Assembly (NCBI GenBank): GCA_001001045.1
Contig: LCIL01000001.1
Location: forward strand, 442-64,441
Direction: 5' to 3'
Source of the DNA: Candidatus Woesebacteria bacterium GW2011_GWA1_44_23
GTDB taxonomy: Bacteria > Patescibacteriota > Microgenomatia > UBA8517
DNA length: 64,000 bases
The position numbers and the translations under genes are program-made. The notes under the pieces are model-generated. The model had not been told where the DNA came from. It was given only the letters and a program-made list of their open reading frames with translations, and made no database searches. How positions within the stretch are numbered: position 1 is the stretch's first letter; every line of letters starts with the position of its first letter. Positions 27,304 to 36,916 of this stretch are shown in pieces.

Positions 27304-28064
27304 TGTTTATTAGGGCAGCCATTAAAAACTTTGACAAAAAGAATATGCTCTTTACCTGTACTGGGATAATAGTCGGAATTTTGGGGATAACAGTTGCAAG
27401 AGCGCAATCCTCAGAAATAATTCAAGCTTGCATTGCCCAATCCAATGGCGATAGTCAGTCTAAAAATCTAGCAGGGAATGCCAACACTGGTTCAGTGAGG
27501 ATAGTACAAAATCAGGATGACTGTAGAAATGATGAGACTTATATTACTTGGAATGTTCAAGGGCCACAAGGCCTTCCCGGGCCCGCTGGTGTACCAGGAC
27601 CCCAAGGCCCACCAGGAGAATCAAGCGGTCCCTTTATATGTATGCTCTGTTCTATTAGGGATTTCCTCTATAGGCTAAACCGCACCGATCTTATAAATGT
27701 CAATTTTAATGATGCCATTTTGAATGGACAATTGCCGAATGAAAATTTGTCCGGCAGTACTTTTATACACGCAATTGTCAGGCTGAACATTACAGGCGCA
27801 AACTTATCTGGTACAGATTTATCATTTGCTAATATGGATGGAGATAGCGCAGCATACGCAAACTTTACGGGATCAAACATGAACGGAGTCTCAATCCCTT
27901 ATGCAGATTTAACAGGGGCAATTTTTACTAATACAAATTTAACTGGAGTGACTGGTTTGGATTCGTCAACCCTGGACAATGTAGTCTGGTCAAACACAAT
28001 CTGCCCAGATGGAACTGGCAGTAATGATCATGGTGGAACATGCCTCGGTCATTTGGTTCCCTAG
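27291..28064 (+). CDS. Secreted protein with collagen-like GXY stretch and pentapeptide repeats
   Basis: Signal/TM segment, GPQGLPGPAGVPGPQGPPGE, ANLSG/TDLSF/ADLTG repeats, C-terminal CPDG...C. Confidence 0.85.
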   Translation: MIKKMFIRAAIKNFDKKNMLFTCTGIIVGILGITVARAQSSEIIQACIAQSNGDSQSKNLAGNANTGSVRIVQNQDDCRNDETYITWNVQGPQGLPGPAGVPGPQGPPGESSGPFICMLCSIRDFLYRLNRTDLINVNFNDAILNGQLPNENLSGSTFIHAIVRLNITGANLSGTDLSFANMDGDSAAYANFTGSNMNGVSIPYADLTGAIFTNTNLTGVTGLDSSTLDNVVWSNTICPDGTGSNDHGGTCLGHLVP

Positions 28065-28082
28065 ACCTTCAAAAAAGATTAA

Positions 28083-29522
28083 ATGGAACTTACTAAAAAA
28101 CTGGCATTGACAATTTTAGTTTTCTTTTCATTAACTTTTTCCTTGATAAGTTTAGGAAAGTGGGCGTTTAATGATGCGGACGAAGGCATTTATGCCGAAG
28201 TCTATTATGAAAGTGTCCAGAGAAATAACTTTTTAAATTTTACATATTTAAAAACTCCATGGGCTGAAAAGCCACCACTTTTATTTTGGTTGATGAGGGG
28301 GAGTGCCCTAGTTTTTGGAGAAAATGAATTTTCTCTCAGACTTCCATCTGCAATTTTGTCAGCAGCCTCGGTGGTACTGGTATTTTTGATTGTTCTTGTG
28401 GCGACCAATAACCTAGTTGCCTCGTTCCTGTCGGGATTAGTTCTTCTTACGACAGCTTATTTTTGGTTTACAGGGAGGCAGGTTAGGATGGATGTCCCGG
28501 TAACCGCATCGATACTTTTATGTTTTTACTCCTTTCTCAAAGCCAGAAAACATTCAAAATGGTTTTTGGTTTTTGGGTTTGGCTTGGCATGCGGAGTTTT
28601 ATTTAAAAGTGTAATAGGCTTGCTTATTTACCCGGTCATTTTGATTTATTCCTGGTTTTACAAAGACTGGTCTTGGTTAAAAAACAAATGGTTTTGGCTG
28701 GGGAATCTTCTTGCTTTGGTATTGACGGCGCCGTGGCATATTTATGAAAGCATAATTTACGGACAAAAATTCTGGCATTCATATTTGGTGCTCCATGTTG
28801 TAGACAGGGCATTGACTACTGTCACAAGCGGACCGGTGGCGCCGTTTTTTTATTATTTTAACCAAATTCTTATTACCAACCAGCCGTGGTTTTTATTGTT
28901 TTTAATTATTGGTATTTCTTTCCTGGTCTATTTATACAGAAGAGGCGTGAAAAATCGTAAATTTGAATTATTTTTAATGGTTTGCTCCTTTTTTATTCTA
29001 GTGTTATTTTATGTTCCCAAGACAAGACTTTTGTATTACTTCACTCCCATGCTTCCTTTTATGGCCATGTTTATTGGTAGTGTTACGACAAGGTTGATCG
29101 AAAGAAGAAAAAATTTAGTTATAGCCTGTTTTGCAGTTGTGGCGTCTGTGGGTTTAATAAACACTACGTTACGCATCTTTTCACAAAAAGACAGAGGGTT
29201 TTTTCTGGAAGATACAAAAAAGATAAGTAGAACAGTTGTCGCAGAAGATGAAAGAAAAGTTATCCAGATTGCCTCTGAAAAAAATCTGGATTTATATTTA
29301 TATAACTGGAATTTCTACGCCACGCTTAGTTATTATGCAACTATCCACAACGATGTAAAACTAAAAATATATAAGAATGATGTAAAGATGGATCCTCCCT
29401 GTTTGCTATTGATCCCCACCCCGCTTGTAGAAAAAATTCAAATCCAAACTGCGCATAAAATTTTATTTCGAGGTGAGGCGGCGACGTTAGTTGAGATTTT
29501 TTCTGCACAAAAGTTGTTTTAA
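28083..29522 (+). CDS. ArnT-family (GT83) GT-C glycosyltransferase
   Basis: DADEGIY, EKPPL, RLPSA, RMDVP, LFKS, PWH. Confidence 0.88.
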   Translation: MELTKKLALTILVFFSLTFSLISLGKWAFNDADEGIYAEVYYESVQRNNFLNFTYLKTPWAEKPPLLFWLMRGSALVFGENEFSLRLPSAILSAASVVLVFLIVLVATNNLVASFLSGLVLLTTAYFWFTGRQVRMDVPVTASILLCFYSFLKARKHSKWFLVFGFGLACGVLFKSVIGLLIYPVILIYSWFYKDWSWLKNKWFWLGNLLALVLTAPWHIYESIIYGQKFWHSYLVLHVVDRALTTVTSGPVAPFFYYFNQILITNQPWFLLFLIIGISFLVYLYRRGVKNRKFELFLMVCSFFILVLFYVPKTRLLYYFTPMLPFMAMFIGSVTTRLIERRKNLVIACFAVVASVGLINTTLRIFSQKDRGFFLEDTKKISRTVVAEDERKVIQIASEKNLDLYLYNWNFYATLSYYATIHNDVKLKIYKNDVKMDPPCLLLIPTPLVEKIQIQTAHKILFRGEAATLVEIFSAQKLF

Positions 29523-29540
29523 AGAATTGTTCTTCCGCTT

Positions 29541-29596
29541 GTGGTTGAGGTTTAACTCCAGTTCGATATACAATGGTTGGGCAGTGATTAAGAAGA
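29541..29596 (+). repeat. Direct repeat copy B: ftsK promoter and start
   Basis: TTGAGG-18-TACAAT then GTG ATT AAG AAG; aligns to 27246-27303. Confidence 0.85.
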
Positions 29597-31701
29597 GAAA
29601 GAGGTTTACAAAGAGAGGTTTTAGGTTAAAACTCAAAAAGGAGTCGATGTTCTCCATCTCCCAAATAGTTTTTTTTGCTATCGCGGGACTTATCCTCATT
29701 TCCTTCTCACGTCAGGGAATAGCCCTTCTTAAGTTTAACGACATTCTTCTTGAGTATTTCTCCTGGTCCAGTATTTTTTTGCCCTTTATCTTTTTATCGT
29801 TTGCATTTCTTCTTTCCAAAGTTAAATTTATCTTGGGGCAACCCAATGTCATTGTAGGGAGTCTGTTATTTTTCATTTCGATAATGGGTTTGGGCAGGGC
29901 AGGGACAATCGGGGTAGTCGTATGGGACTCGATCGGTGCTCTTGTTACACCTGTCGGAGCTGCAATAATTTTAGCCGGTGTCGGAATGGTGGGTCTCATT
30001 GTTCTTTTTAATACCTCGATAGATCAGGTTTATAAGCTGATTAAAGAGGGGATTCGTCAGGCGAACATTTATATTCACGGCAACGGAGGACAACTAAAAA
30101 TTGGAGGAAAATCATTATCTGGGGGGGCGATAAAGGTTTCCGGCGGGGGCATTTTCCGAAATCCCACAGCTTCAAAAACGACTACATCAGTTGGTTCTCC
30201 GACGCCCGCAGAATCACTGCCACAAGAACCTGTGATGAACAAGGATACCGCGGGGGTCAAAATTTGGAAGTACCCGAGTCTGGAAATACTAAGTGAGGTC
30301 GAAAGCGGCAAAGCAGACAGAGGAGATATTAAGGGCAACGCCGCTATTATAGAAAAAACCCTTGAGTCCTTTGGGATTACTGCGAGAGTGGTTGAAGTAA
30401 ACCTGGGGCCTGCCGTCACACAATACGCGCTTGAGGTGGCCCTCGGGACAAAGCTTTCGAAAATTACTTCGCTGGAGCGGGATTTAGCCCTTGCCCTTTC
30501 CGCGCCAACAGGCACCATAAGAATCGAGGCTCCGATCCCCGGCCGGAATCTGGTGGGAATTGAACTTCCCAACCGTTCCGCTGAGTTTGTCAGTTTGCGA
30601 AAGATGATGGAGTCGGAAGAAATGCTTGGTGCCAAGTCCAAGCTCGAAGTCTCTCTGGGACTTGATGTGTCCGGCAAACCCATTGTTGCCAATATCGCCA
30701 AAATGCCACACATTTTAATTGCGGGGCAGACCGGTTCCGGAAAATCTGTTTGCATTAATGCCTTTCTGGCGTCACTTCTTTTTAGGGCTTCTCCTACCGA
30801 GGTAAAGTTAATTTTGGTCGATCCAAAGAGGGTAGAGCTTACCCACTACAACGATATTCCCCATCTCCTTTCTCCCGTAATAGTAGATCCTGACAAAGTC
30901 CTTTCGGCCCTTCGCTGGATTATGTCGGAAATGGAGAATCGTTATAAGATATTTGCCCAGGCCGGTGCCAGGAATATTGATTCTTATAATGAAATGTCTG
31001 GTTTTCAGGCTCTTCCTTACATAGTTCTTTTTATTGACGAACTTGCAGATATTATGCTTTTTTCTCCGGTAGAAGTTGAGGATGCAATTACACGTATTGC
31101 CCAAATGAGCCGTGCAACCGGAATCCATATGGTTCTTGCGACACAAAGACCTTCGGTTGATGTCATTACAGGTCTCATTAAAGCCAATATCCCCAGTAGA
31201 ATTGCTTTTGCCGTTGCCTCCCAAGTTGACTCTAGAGTAATTCTTGACACCCAAGGGGCAGAAAAGCTTTTAGGTAAGGGAGATATGCTATACCTGCCTC
31301 CCGAGCAGGCAAAGCCGATTAGAATTCAGGGAGCGTTTGTCAATGACAAGGAAATAAGCACACTGGTGACATTTTTGAAGAATCAAGGGGTCACACCGCA
31401 GTATACAGATGAAGTTACTACAATGACAAAGGCGGGAGTGGTTTCGGTTCCCGGTGTCGACGGCGAAGTGGATGACCTATTTAAGGACGCCGTTAAATGT
31501 GTCTGTCAGTATGAAAGAGCCAGCGCATCACTTCTGCAAAGAAGACTCTCTATCGGTTACGCAAGAGCTGCCAGAATTGTTGATCAGCTTGAGGCGGCGG
31601 GGGTAATAAGCCCCAGCGACGGGAGCAGCAAGCCGCGAGAAGTTTTAGTTCAAAATGCCGAGGAATTCTTAGCTTCGTTTGGTCATTCGGGAGCGGAGTG
31701 A
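29584..31701 (+). CDS. ftsK: DNA translocase FtsK
   Basis: N-terminal TMs, AGQTGSGKS, IDELAD, ATQRPSVDVITG, gamma domain SLLQRRLSIGYARAAR; start taken at GTG 29584. Confidence 0.97.
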   Translation: MIKKRKRFTKRGFRLKLKKESMFSISQIVFFAIAGLILISFSRQGIALLKFNDILLEYFSWSSIFLPFIFLSFAFLLSKVKFILGQPNVIVGSLLFFISIMGLGRAGTIGVVVWDSIGALVTPVGAAIILAGVGMVGLIVLFNTSIDQVYKLIKEGIRQANIYIHGNGGQLKIGGKSLSGGAIKVSGGGIFRNPTASKTTTSVGSPTPAESLPQEPVMNKDTAGVKIWKYPSLEILSEVESGKADRGDIKGNAAIIEKTLESFGITARVVEVNLGPAVTQYALEVALGTKLSKITSLERDLALALSAPTGTIRIEAPIPGRNLVGIELPNRSAEFVSLRKMMESEEMLGAKSKLEVSLGLDVSGKPIVANIAKMPHILIAGQTGSGKSVCINAFLASLLFRASPTEVKLILVDPKRVELTHYNDIPHLLSPVIVDPDKVLSALRWIMSEMENRYKIFAQAGARNIDSYNEMSGFQALPYIVLFIDELADIMLFSPVEVEDAITRIAQMSRATGIHMVLATQRPSVDVITGLIKANIPSRIAFAVASQVDSRVILDTQGAEKLLGKGDMLYLPPEQAKPIRIQGAFVNDKEISTLVTFLKNQGVTPQYTDEVTTMTKAGVVSVPGVDGEVDDLFKDAVKCVCQYERASASLLQRRLSIGYARAARIVDQLEAAGVISPSDGSSKPREVLVQNAEEFLASFGHSGAE

Positions 31702-31716
31702 TAGAATCTTCTGATC

Positions 31717-32337
31717 ATGAATACAATTGGCCAAATCATTAAATCTGCACGCGTCAAAAAAAAATTATCATTCAAAAAACTTGAGGAGATAACAAAAATA
31801 AAGGCTTCCTTTATCAAGTCTATCGAAGAGGGGAAATGGAACTCCCTGCCCACGTTTACGACGGTGTTGGGTTTTGTAAAAAGTCTCTCCACAGCCCTTG
31901 CAATTGACCAAAATATGGCTGTCGCGGTATTGAAACGTGACTATCCCCCTAAAAAATTAAATATTAATCCCAAACCGGACGCGTCCCGGCGATTTTTTTG
32001 GAGTCCAAAACTTACTTTTGCCATTGGGACTTTCGCGGTTATCTTGGGCGTTTTGGGATATATCGGCTTCCAGTATGCAAAGTTTATTTCACCGCCGGAC
32101 CTTGCAGTTGAAAGTCCCAAGGAGAACCAGATTGTTGAAGGGAACTCGGTACTGGTTTTTGGATCAACCGACCCCGATGTAAAAATAACAGTGAACAATC
32201 AGCCTGTATTGGTCAACGATGACGGAAAATTCTCGGTGGAGCTGGGAGTTACCCGCGAAACGACCGAAATAGCCATTATTGCATCAAGCAGGTCCGGAAA
32301 AGAGCGGACAATTTCCCGTAAAATTACGGTACAATAG
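31717..32337 (+). CDS. RodZ-like HTH-TM protein with C-terminal Ig-like domain
   Basis: HTH (IEEG...LP...GFVKS), TM, beta-rich C-terminus; follows ftsK. Confidence 0.75.
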   Translation: MNTIGQIIKSARVKKKLSFKKLEEITKIKASFIKSIEEGKWNSLPTFTTVLGFVKSLSTALAIDQNMAVAVLKRDYPPKKLNINPKPDASRRFFWSPKLTFAIGTFAVILGVLGYIGFQYAKFISPPDLAVESPKENQIVEGNSVLVFGSTDPDVKITVNNQPVLVNDDGKFSVELGVTRETTEIAIIASSRSGKERTISRKITVQ

Positions 32338-32342
32338 TTCAT

Positions 32343-32579
32343 ATGGATTCTGTTCAAACACTTTTGGTAATCGTAGTAATAAGCCTGACCGTGCTTCTTG
32401 TGGTTGTTGGTGTTCAGGTGATGCTTATCATAATTGATCTTAGACGCGCGATAAAAAGACTAAATAGCATTCTGGAAGATGCAATTCTTGGGGGAGGACT
32501 GATACGCCCCGAAAAACTGAGCTCTGTTCTGGAGCTTCTTCACAAAAACAAAAAACTCGAAACACACGGGGGAAGCTAA
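32343..32579 (+). CDS. Small membrane protein with coiled coil
   Basis: 78 aa, N-terminal TM; TACAAT 7 nt upstream. Confidence 0.7.
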   Translation: MDSVQTLLVIVVISLTVLLVVVGVQVMLIIIDLRRAIKRLNSILEDAILGGGLIRPEKLSSVLELLHKNKKLETHGGS

Positions 32580-32585
32580 GGTAGG

Positions 32586-32834
32586 CTACCGAACTCGGTT
32601 GCCCCTCTGCGGCTGGGGATCTGGCATTAGATGTTTTAGCTTTTTAATATTCGTTTCAATATCATTACTCAGCTTTTGAATCTCCGCGGGGTTAACGGCT
32701 GTCCTTTTGCGCATCACTTGGGACGCGATCAAACCTAGGTATTGTGACGATTTCATGTACCTATTCAGCTATTGAATTTCTTCTAAAGACATCTTTACCA
32801 AAAAACTTCCCCCGCCGACAGATATTCTTTCCAT
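32586..32834 (-). pseudogene. 83-codon orphan reading frame interrupted by one TAG (32769-32771)
   Basis: MERISVGGGSFLVKMSLEEIQ*LNRYMKSSQYLGLIASQVMRKRTAVNPAEIQKLSNDIETNIKKLKHLMPDPQPQRGNRVR*; fills the intergenic gap. Confidence 0.5.
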
Positions 32835-32894
32835 TGGCTAAACGATATATTTATTTCCTGGATAAGTCAGCGGTTTATAGCGTATAATTTAGCC

Positions 32895-34703
32895 ATGAGT
32901 TCTGATGAGATTAGACAAAAATACCTGGACTTTTTTAAGAAACGTAAACATGTTGAAATTTCTGCCTCCCCGCTTGTAATAGATTCTGATCCAACCACTC
33001 TTTTTACGTCAAGCGGGATGCAACAACTTGCCCCATATTTGAAGGGAGAGGCGCATCCGGACGGAAAAAGGCTGGTTGATATACAACCGTCTATCCGCAT
33101 GCAGGACCTGGATGAGGTTGCAGACAACAGACACTTCAGTTTTTTCGAAATGCTGGGGAATTGGTCCTTGGGAGATTATTTTAAAAAGGAACAGTTAAGT
33201 TGGGTTTGGGAATTTTTTACCAAGGAGCTGGAACTTGATCCTGCAAGGCTCCATGTCTCCGTGTTCGAAGGAAACAGTGAGGTTCCGAAAGATAAGGAAT
33301 CATTTGAAATATGGAAGTCGATTGGTTTACCTGAAAGTCATATACATTTTTACGGAACTGATAAAAACTGGTGGAGCCGTGCGGGCACTCCGGAAAAAAT
33401 GCCTGTAGGAGAAATTGGGGGACCCGACAGCGAGCTATTTTTTGAATTTGAGAAGGTTGCGCACGATCCCAAATATGGTAAATTTTGTCACCCCAATTGC
33501 CAGTGCGGTAAGTTTCTTGAAATCGGTAACTCTGTTTTTATGCAATATCAGAAAAAAGAAGATGGAAACCTGGTTGAGTTGCCTCAAAGAAACGTGGATT
33601 TCGGGGGCGGCCTTGAAAGGATGGCAGCAGCGGTTGCCGGTGACCCCGACACCTTCCGTATTGATCTTTTTTTCGGTGTCATTAAGAAAATTGAGAGTGA
33701 GGTCGGATTCGGGTACAACTCAGATTTGGATAAGGACAAAAGCTTCAGAATTATTGCGGATCATCTTAGAACCTCGGTTAATTTGCTAAGTGAGGGCGTG
33801 GTAGCCGGCAACAAACTCCATGGCTATGCCCTTAGAAGATTAATTCGAAGAGCCATGTTTCACTTCCATCTTTTGGGCAGCGGGATTTCGGGTGGAGCTC
33901 TTGCGCACATTGCTGAAGAATTACGGAAATTTTATCCTAACGTAGATAAGAATTGGGAATTTATCGAAGAGAACTTATCCGCTGAAGGAACGAGGTTTGA
34001 GCTTGCCCTAAAGCGGGGTTTAGCACGTTTGACCTCAGCCGTCGGAAGGGGTGAGGAAATTAACGGGCAATTTGCATTTGACCTTTATCAAACGGAAGGA
34101 TTTCCATTGGAACTAACCATTGAAATTTTAAAGCAAAATGGAATATTGTTTACTCCGGAGGAAAGAAACGCTTTTGAAGGCGAATTTGAAAAACACAAAG
34201 ACCTAAGTAGAAGCAGCTCTTCCGGAATGTTTAAAGGAGGGCTTGCCGAGGCGTCGGAAATTACCACCAAACTGCATACGACAACACATTTGCTTCACGC
34301 GGGGCTTCGGCAAGTGTTGGGTGAGCATATTGGACAAAAGGGCAGCCACATAACTTCCGAAAGACTTCGTTTTGATTTTTCCCATCCACAAAAACTTTCT
34401 GACGATGAAATTAAAAAAGTAGAAGATTTAATAAATCTAAAAATCAGAGAAAACCTGCCCGTTAGCTCGATTGAGATGACTTTACCCGAGGCGGTGGGAG
34501 TCGGAGCCCTGCACTTTTTTGCGGAAAAGTATGGAGAAAAAGTAAAAGTCTACACAATCGGGGACCCGGAAGGAATCTGGTTTTCAAAAGAGGTTTGCGG
34601 CGGTCCGCACGTTACCCACACCGGGGCTATCGGTAGTGTTAAAATAATTAAACAGGAAAAAATAGGAGCGGGTGTAGTAAGAATATATGCCGCGTTAGGG
34701 TAA
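32895..34703 (+). CDS. alaS: Alanine--tRNA ligase (short form, no C-Ala domain)
   Basis: FFEMLGNWSLGDYFK, DFGGGLER, HTTTH and CGGPH editing motifs; ends at GVVRIYA. Confidence 0.96.
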   Translation: MSSDEIRQKYLDFFKKRKHVEISASPLVIDSDPTTLFTSSGMQQLAPYLKGEAHPDGKRLVDIQPSIRMQDLDEVADNRHFSFFEMLGNWSLGDYFKKEQLSWVWEFFTKELELDPARLHVSVFEGNSEVPKDKESFEIWKSIGLPESHIHFYGTDKNWWSRAGTPEKMPVGEIGGPDSELFFEFEKVAHDPKYGKFCHPNCQCGKFLEIGNSVFMQYQKKEDGNLVELPQRNVDFGGGLERMAAAVAGDPDTFRIDLFFGVIKKIESEVGFGYNSDLDKDKSFRIIADHLRTSVNLLSEGVVAGNKLHGYALRRLIRRAMFHFHLLGSGISGGALAHIAEELRKFYPNVDKNWEFIEENLSAEGTRFELALKRGLARLTSAVGRGEEINGQFAFDLYQTEGFPLELTIEILKQNGILFTPEERNAFEGEFEKHKDLSRSSSSGMFKGGLAEASEITTKLHTTTHLLHAGLRQVLGEHIGQKGSHITSERLRFDFSHPQKLSDDEIKKVEDLINLKIRENLPVSSIEMTLPEAVGVGALHFFAEKYGEKVKVYTIGDPEGIWFSKEVCGGPHVTHTGAIGSVKIIKQEKIGAGVVRIYAALG

Positions 34704-34725
34704 ATTGCAGCACCTAACCCCAAAT

Positions 34726-36903
34726 ATGAATTTAAAAGATTTTTTGACAACTAGGGAACATCCACCTGAACTCTATTGGTCGCTCGTTATAGAGGAGGGA
34801 TGGATTCAGGCGGGAGTGTGGTATATAGGCGAAAACGCGGCGGAAGTTGTGAGCATTAGCCCGGGGGCTGCGTGGAGTGAGGAGGACGAACTTACTGGAG
34901 CGGTTGATGCGGCTCTTTCCAGCGCAATCCAAAAACTTCCGGAAAATTATAAAGAACCTAACAAAGCCGTTTTTGGTGTCTCTTCCTCTTGGGTCAAGAA
35001 TGGAGAAATCACCGAGGAGTATTTGGATAAGATAAAAAAACTTTGCACGGAACTTTCCTTAAACCCGGTTGGTTTCGTGGTTCTGCCTGAGGCAATTGCC
35101 CATTTATGTAAATCGGAAGAAGGATCACCTCTGAATGCAATAATTCTTGGTTTGGGATCGGGGAAAATAGAAATTTCGGTGTTTAAGCTGGGCAATCTTG
35201 TTGGGACAACGGAGGTATCAAGAAGTGTTTCACTTGTTGAAGACGTTACGGAGGGTCTCTCGAGATTCGAGGGTGCAAACCCTCTTCCGTCGCGCTTCAT
35301 TGTTTACGACGGAAAAGAGGGCGAACTTGAGGAGGCCAAAGAAACCTTAATGCAGGCTTCTTGGGAAGGAGCCGAAAAGATTAAATTTCTACACACCCCA
35401 AAGGCCGAAGCACTAAGCCCCGACAGAAAAGTTTTGGCTACATGTCTTGCGGGGGCGGCCGAAATCGGGCACGTCTCCCGGGTTGATTCCAGGGACGTCC
35501 AATTTTCGGAGGAAGCAGAAGTAAAGGAAGAGAATGAGGCAAAGGCTGCTCCGGTTGAGGAGGTTACCGCAGAAAATTTGGGTTTTGCAATAGGATCGGA
35601 CATTGCCGTGAACGCAAATGAAATCGAAAATGTTGTCCCTCCGCAGTCTGCTGAGCCGGCAGTCTTCAAAAAAACAAATTTTAGTCCCGGAAGTAAGCTC
35701 TCCGAATATCTGCAAAAAACCAAAAATCTTTTTCACTCCTTTTCTTTAAAAACAAACGGAGCCCCGCGTGTTAAAAACAAAACCTTAATCGGCATTTTGG
35801 TTGTAGTACTTTTGACGATTGTTGGTGGTGTAGTCTACTGGTGGTTTTTCCCAAAAGCGGATGTTGCTGTTTTTGTTACCCCTAAAAGATTTGAGCAGCA
35901 AGCCCAATTATCTTTCAATCCGTCCGGCATATCGGATGCTGAAAGTGGTGTTATTCCAGCCCAGGTGATCACCGATACAGTTACCGGAGACAAAACCAAG
36001 TCTACCACAGGGACAAAGTTGATTGGGAATAAAGCCGTGGGAAGCGTTCAAGTAGCAAACGGTAACGGAACCGCAATAAATTTGGCTGCAGGAACTCTTC
36101 TTACTTCCTCCACAGGTCTTAAATTTGTTACAAATTCACAAGCTTCGGTTTCGGGACAAATTCTACCGGGTTCCCCAGGGACAGCGAATGTGGATGTCAC
36201 AGCTTTTGATATCGGGGCACAATATAACCTTGCCAAGGACGAGGTTTTCAGTATCGGAAACTATTCAAAAGCGATGGTTGCAGGGAGATCCCTCTCCGAC
36301 TTTTCTGGTGGAAGCAGTCAGGAAATTTCGGCGGTAGATGCTGACGACCAGGCAAATTTGGAAACGGATCTCCAAGGGGAGCTGGTTCAAAATGCAATAA
36401 ACAATATTTCGGCAAAAGTTACCAGTGATCAGGTTTTTGTGAACGATTTGGCGGGGCTCGATACGGTAAGTAAGGACTTTGACCATAAAATAGGAGATCA
36501 GGCGGATAGTATTAAACTTTCATTGAACTTAAATGCAACAGGGATCGCTGCCGACAAAGTTAAATTAATTGAATACGCAAAAGGTGTTTTAAAAGACAAA
36601 GTTCCTTCGGGATACGTACTGGATAGCGACCAGATAGATTTTAAATTTAAATTCTCCGCCGCAAGCGGCGGGAATTATTTGTATGATGTGACAATAGGGG
36701 CTAATTTCCTGCCCGAGATGGATAAAACAAAAATTATCACCCAAATTTCCGGTAAGACGATTGCTAGAACCCAAAATTATTTAAATTCCATCCCAGGATT
36801 CGGACATGCAGAAATTACTTTAAAACCAAAACTGCCAGGGCCGCTTGGTACTCTTCCGAGAATATCTAAAAATATCACACTTACCGTAAGCGCCGAGCAG
36901 TAG
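34726..36903 (+). CDS. Bitopic protein: cytoplasmic FtsA/PilM-like domain, TM, extracellular baseplate-J-like region
   Basis: VLPEAIA...IILGLGSGKIEISVF (actin-fold-like); TM at about aa 360-380; TGTK..G.KA.G, L.AGT.L, GAQYNL, FSGGS pattern. Confidence 0.6.
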   Translation: MNLKDFLTTREHPPELYWSLVIEEGWIQAGVWYIGENAAEVVSISPGAAWSEEDELTGAVDAALSSAIQKLPENYKEPNKAVFGVSSSWVKNGEITEEYLDKIKKLCTELSLNPVGFVVLPEAIAHLCKSEEGSPLNAIILGLGSGKIEISVFKLGNLVGTTEVSRSVSLVEDVTEGLSRFEGANPLPSRFIVYDGKEGELEEAKETLMQASWEGAEKIKFLHTPKAEALSPDRKVLATCLAGAAEIGHVSRVDSRDVQFSEEAEVKEENEAKAAPVEEVTAENLGFAIGSDIAVNANEIENVVPPQSAEPAVFKKTNFSPGSKLSEYLQKTKNLFHSFSLKTNGAPRVKNKTLIGILVVVLLTIVGGVVYWWFFPKADVAVFVTPKRFEQQAQLSFNPSGISDAESGVIPAQVITDTVTGDKTKSTTGTKLIGNKAVGSVQVANGNGTAINLAAGTLLTSSTGLKFVTNSQASVSGQILPGSPGTANVDVTAFDIGAQYNLAKDEVFSIGNYSKAMVAGRSLSDFSGGSSQEISAVDADDQANLETDLQGELVQNAINNISAKVTSDQVFVNDLAGLDTVSKDFDHKIGDQADSIKLSLNLNATGIAADKVKLIEYAKGVLKDKVPSGYVLDSDQIDFKFKFSAASGGNYLYDVTIGANFLPEMDKTKIITQISGKTIARTQNYLNSIPGFGHAEITLKPKLPGPLGTLPRISKNITLTVSAEQ

Positions 36904-36916
36904 TACAATAATCTTC

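Noticed and set aside
32580-32880. Possible tRNA or ncRNA in the longest apparent intergenic gap
   Set aside because: No cloverleaf or T-loop motif was seen, and the gap is better explained by an interrupted reading frame.
34726-36903. Prophage or tailocin suggested by the baseplate-J-like region
   Set aside because: It is a single TM-anchored gene among housekeeping genes, with no tube, sheath, terminase or integrase.
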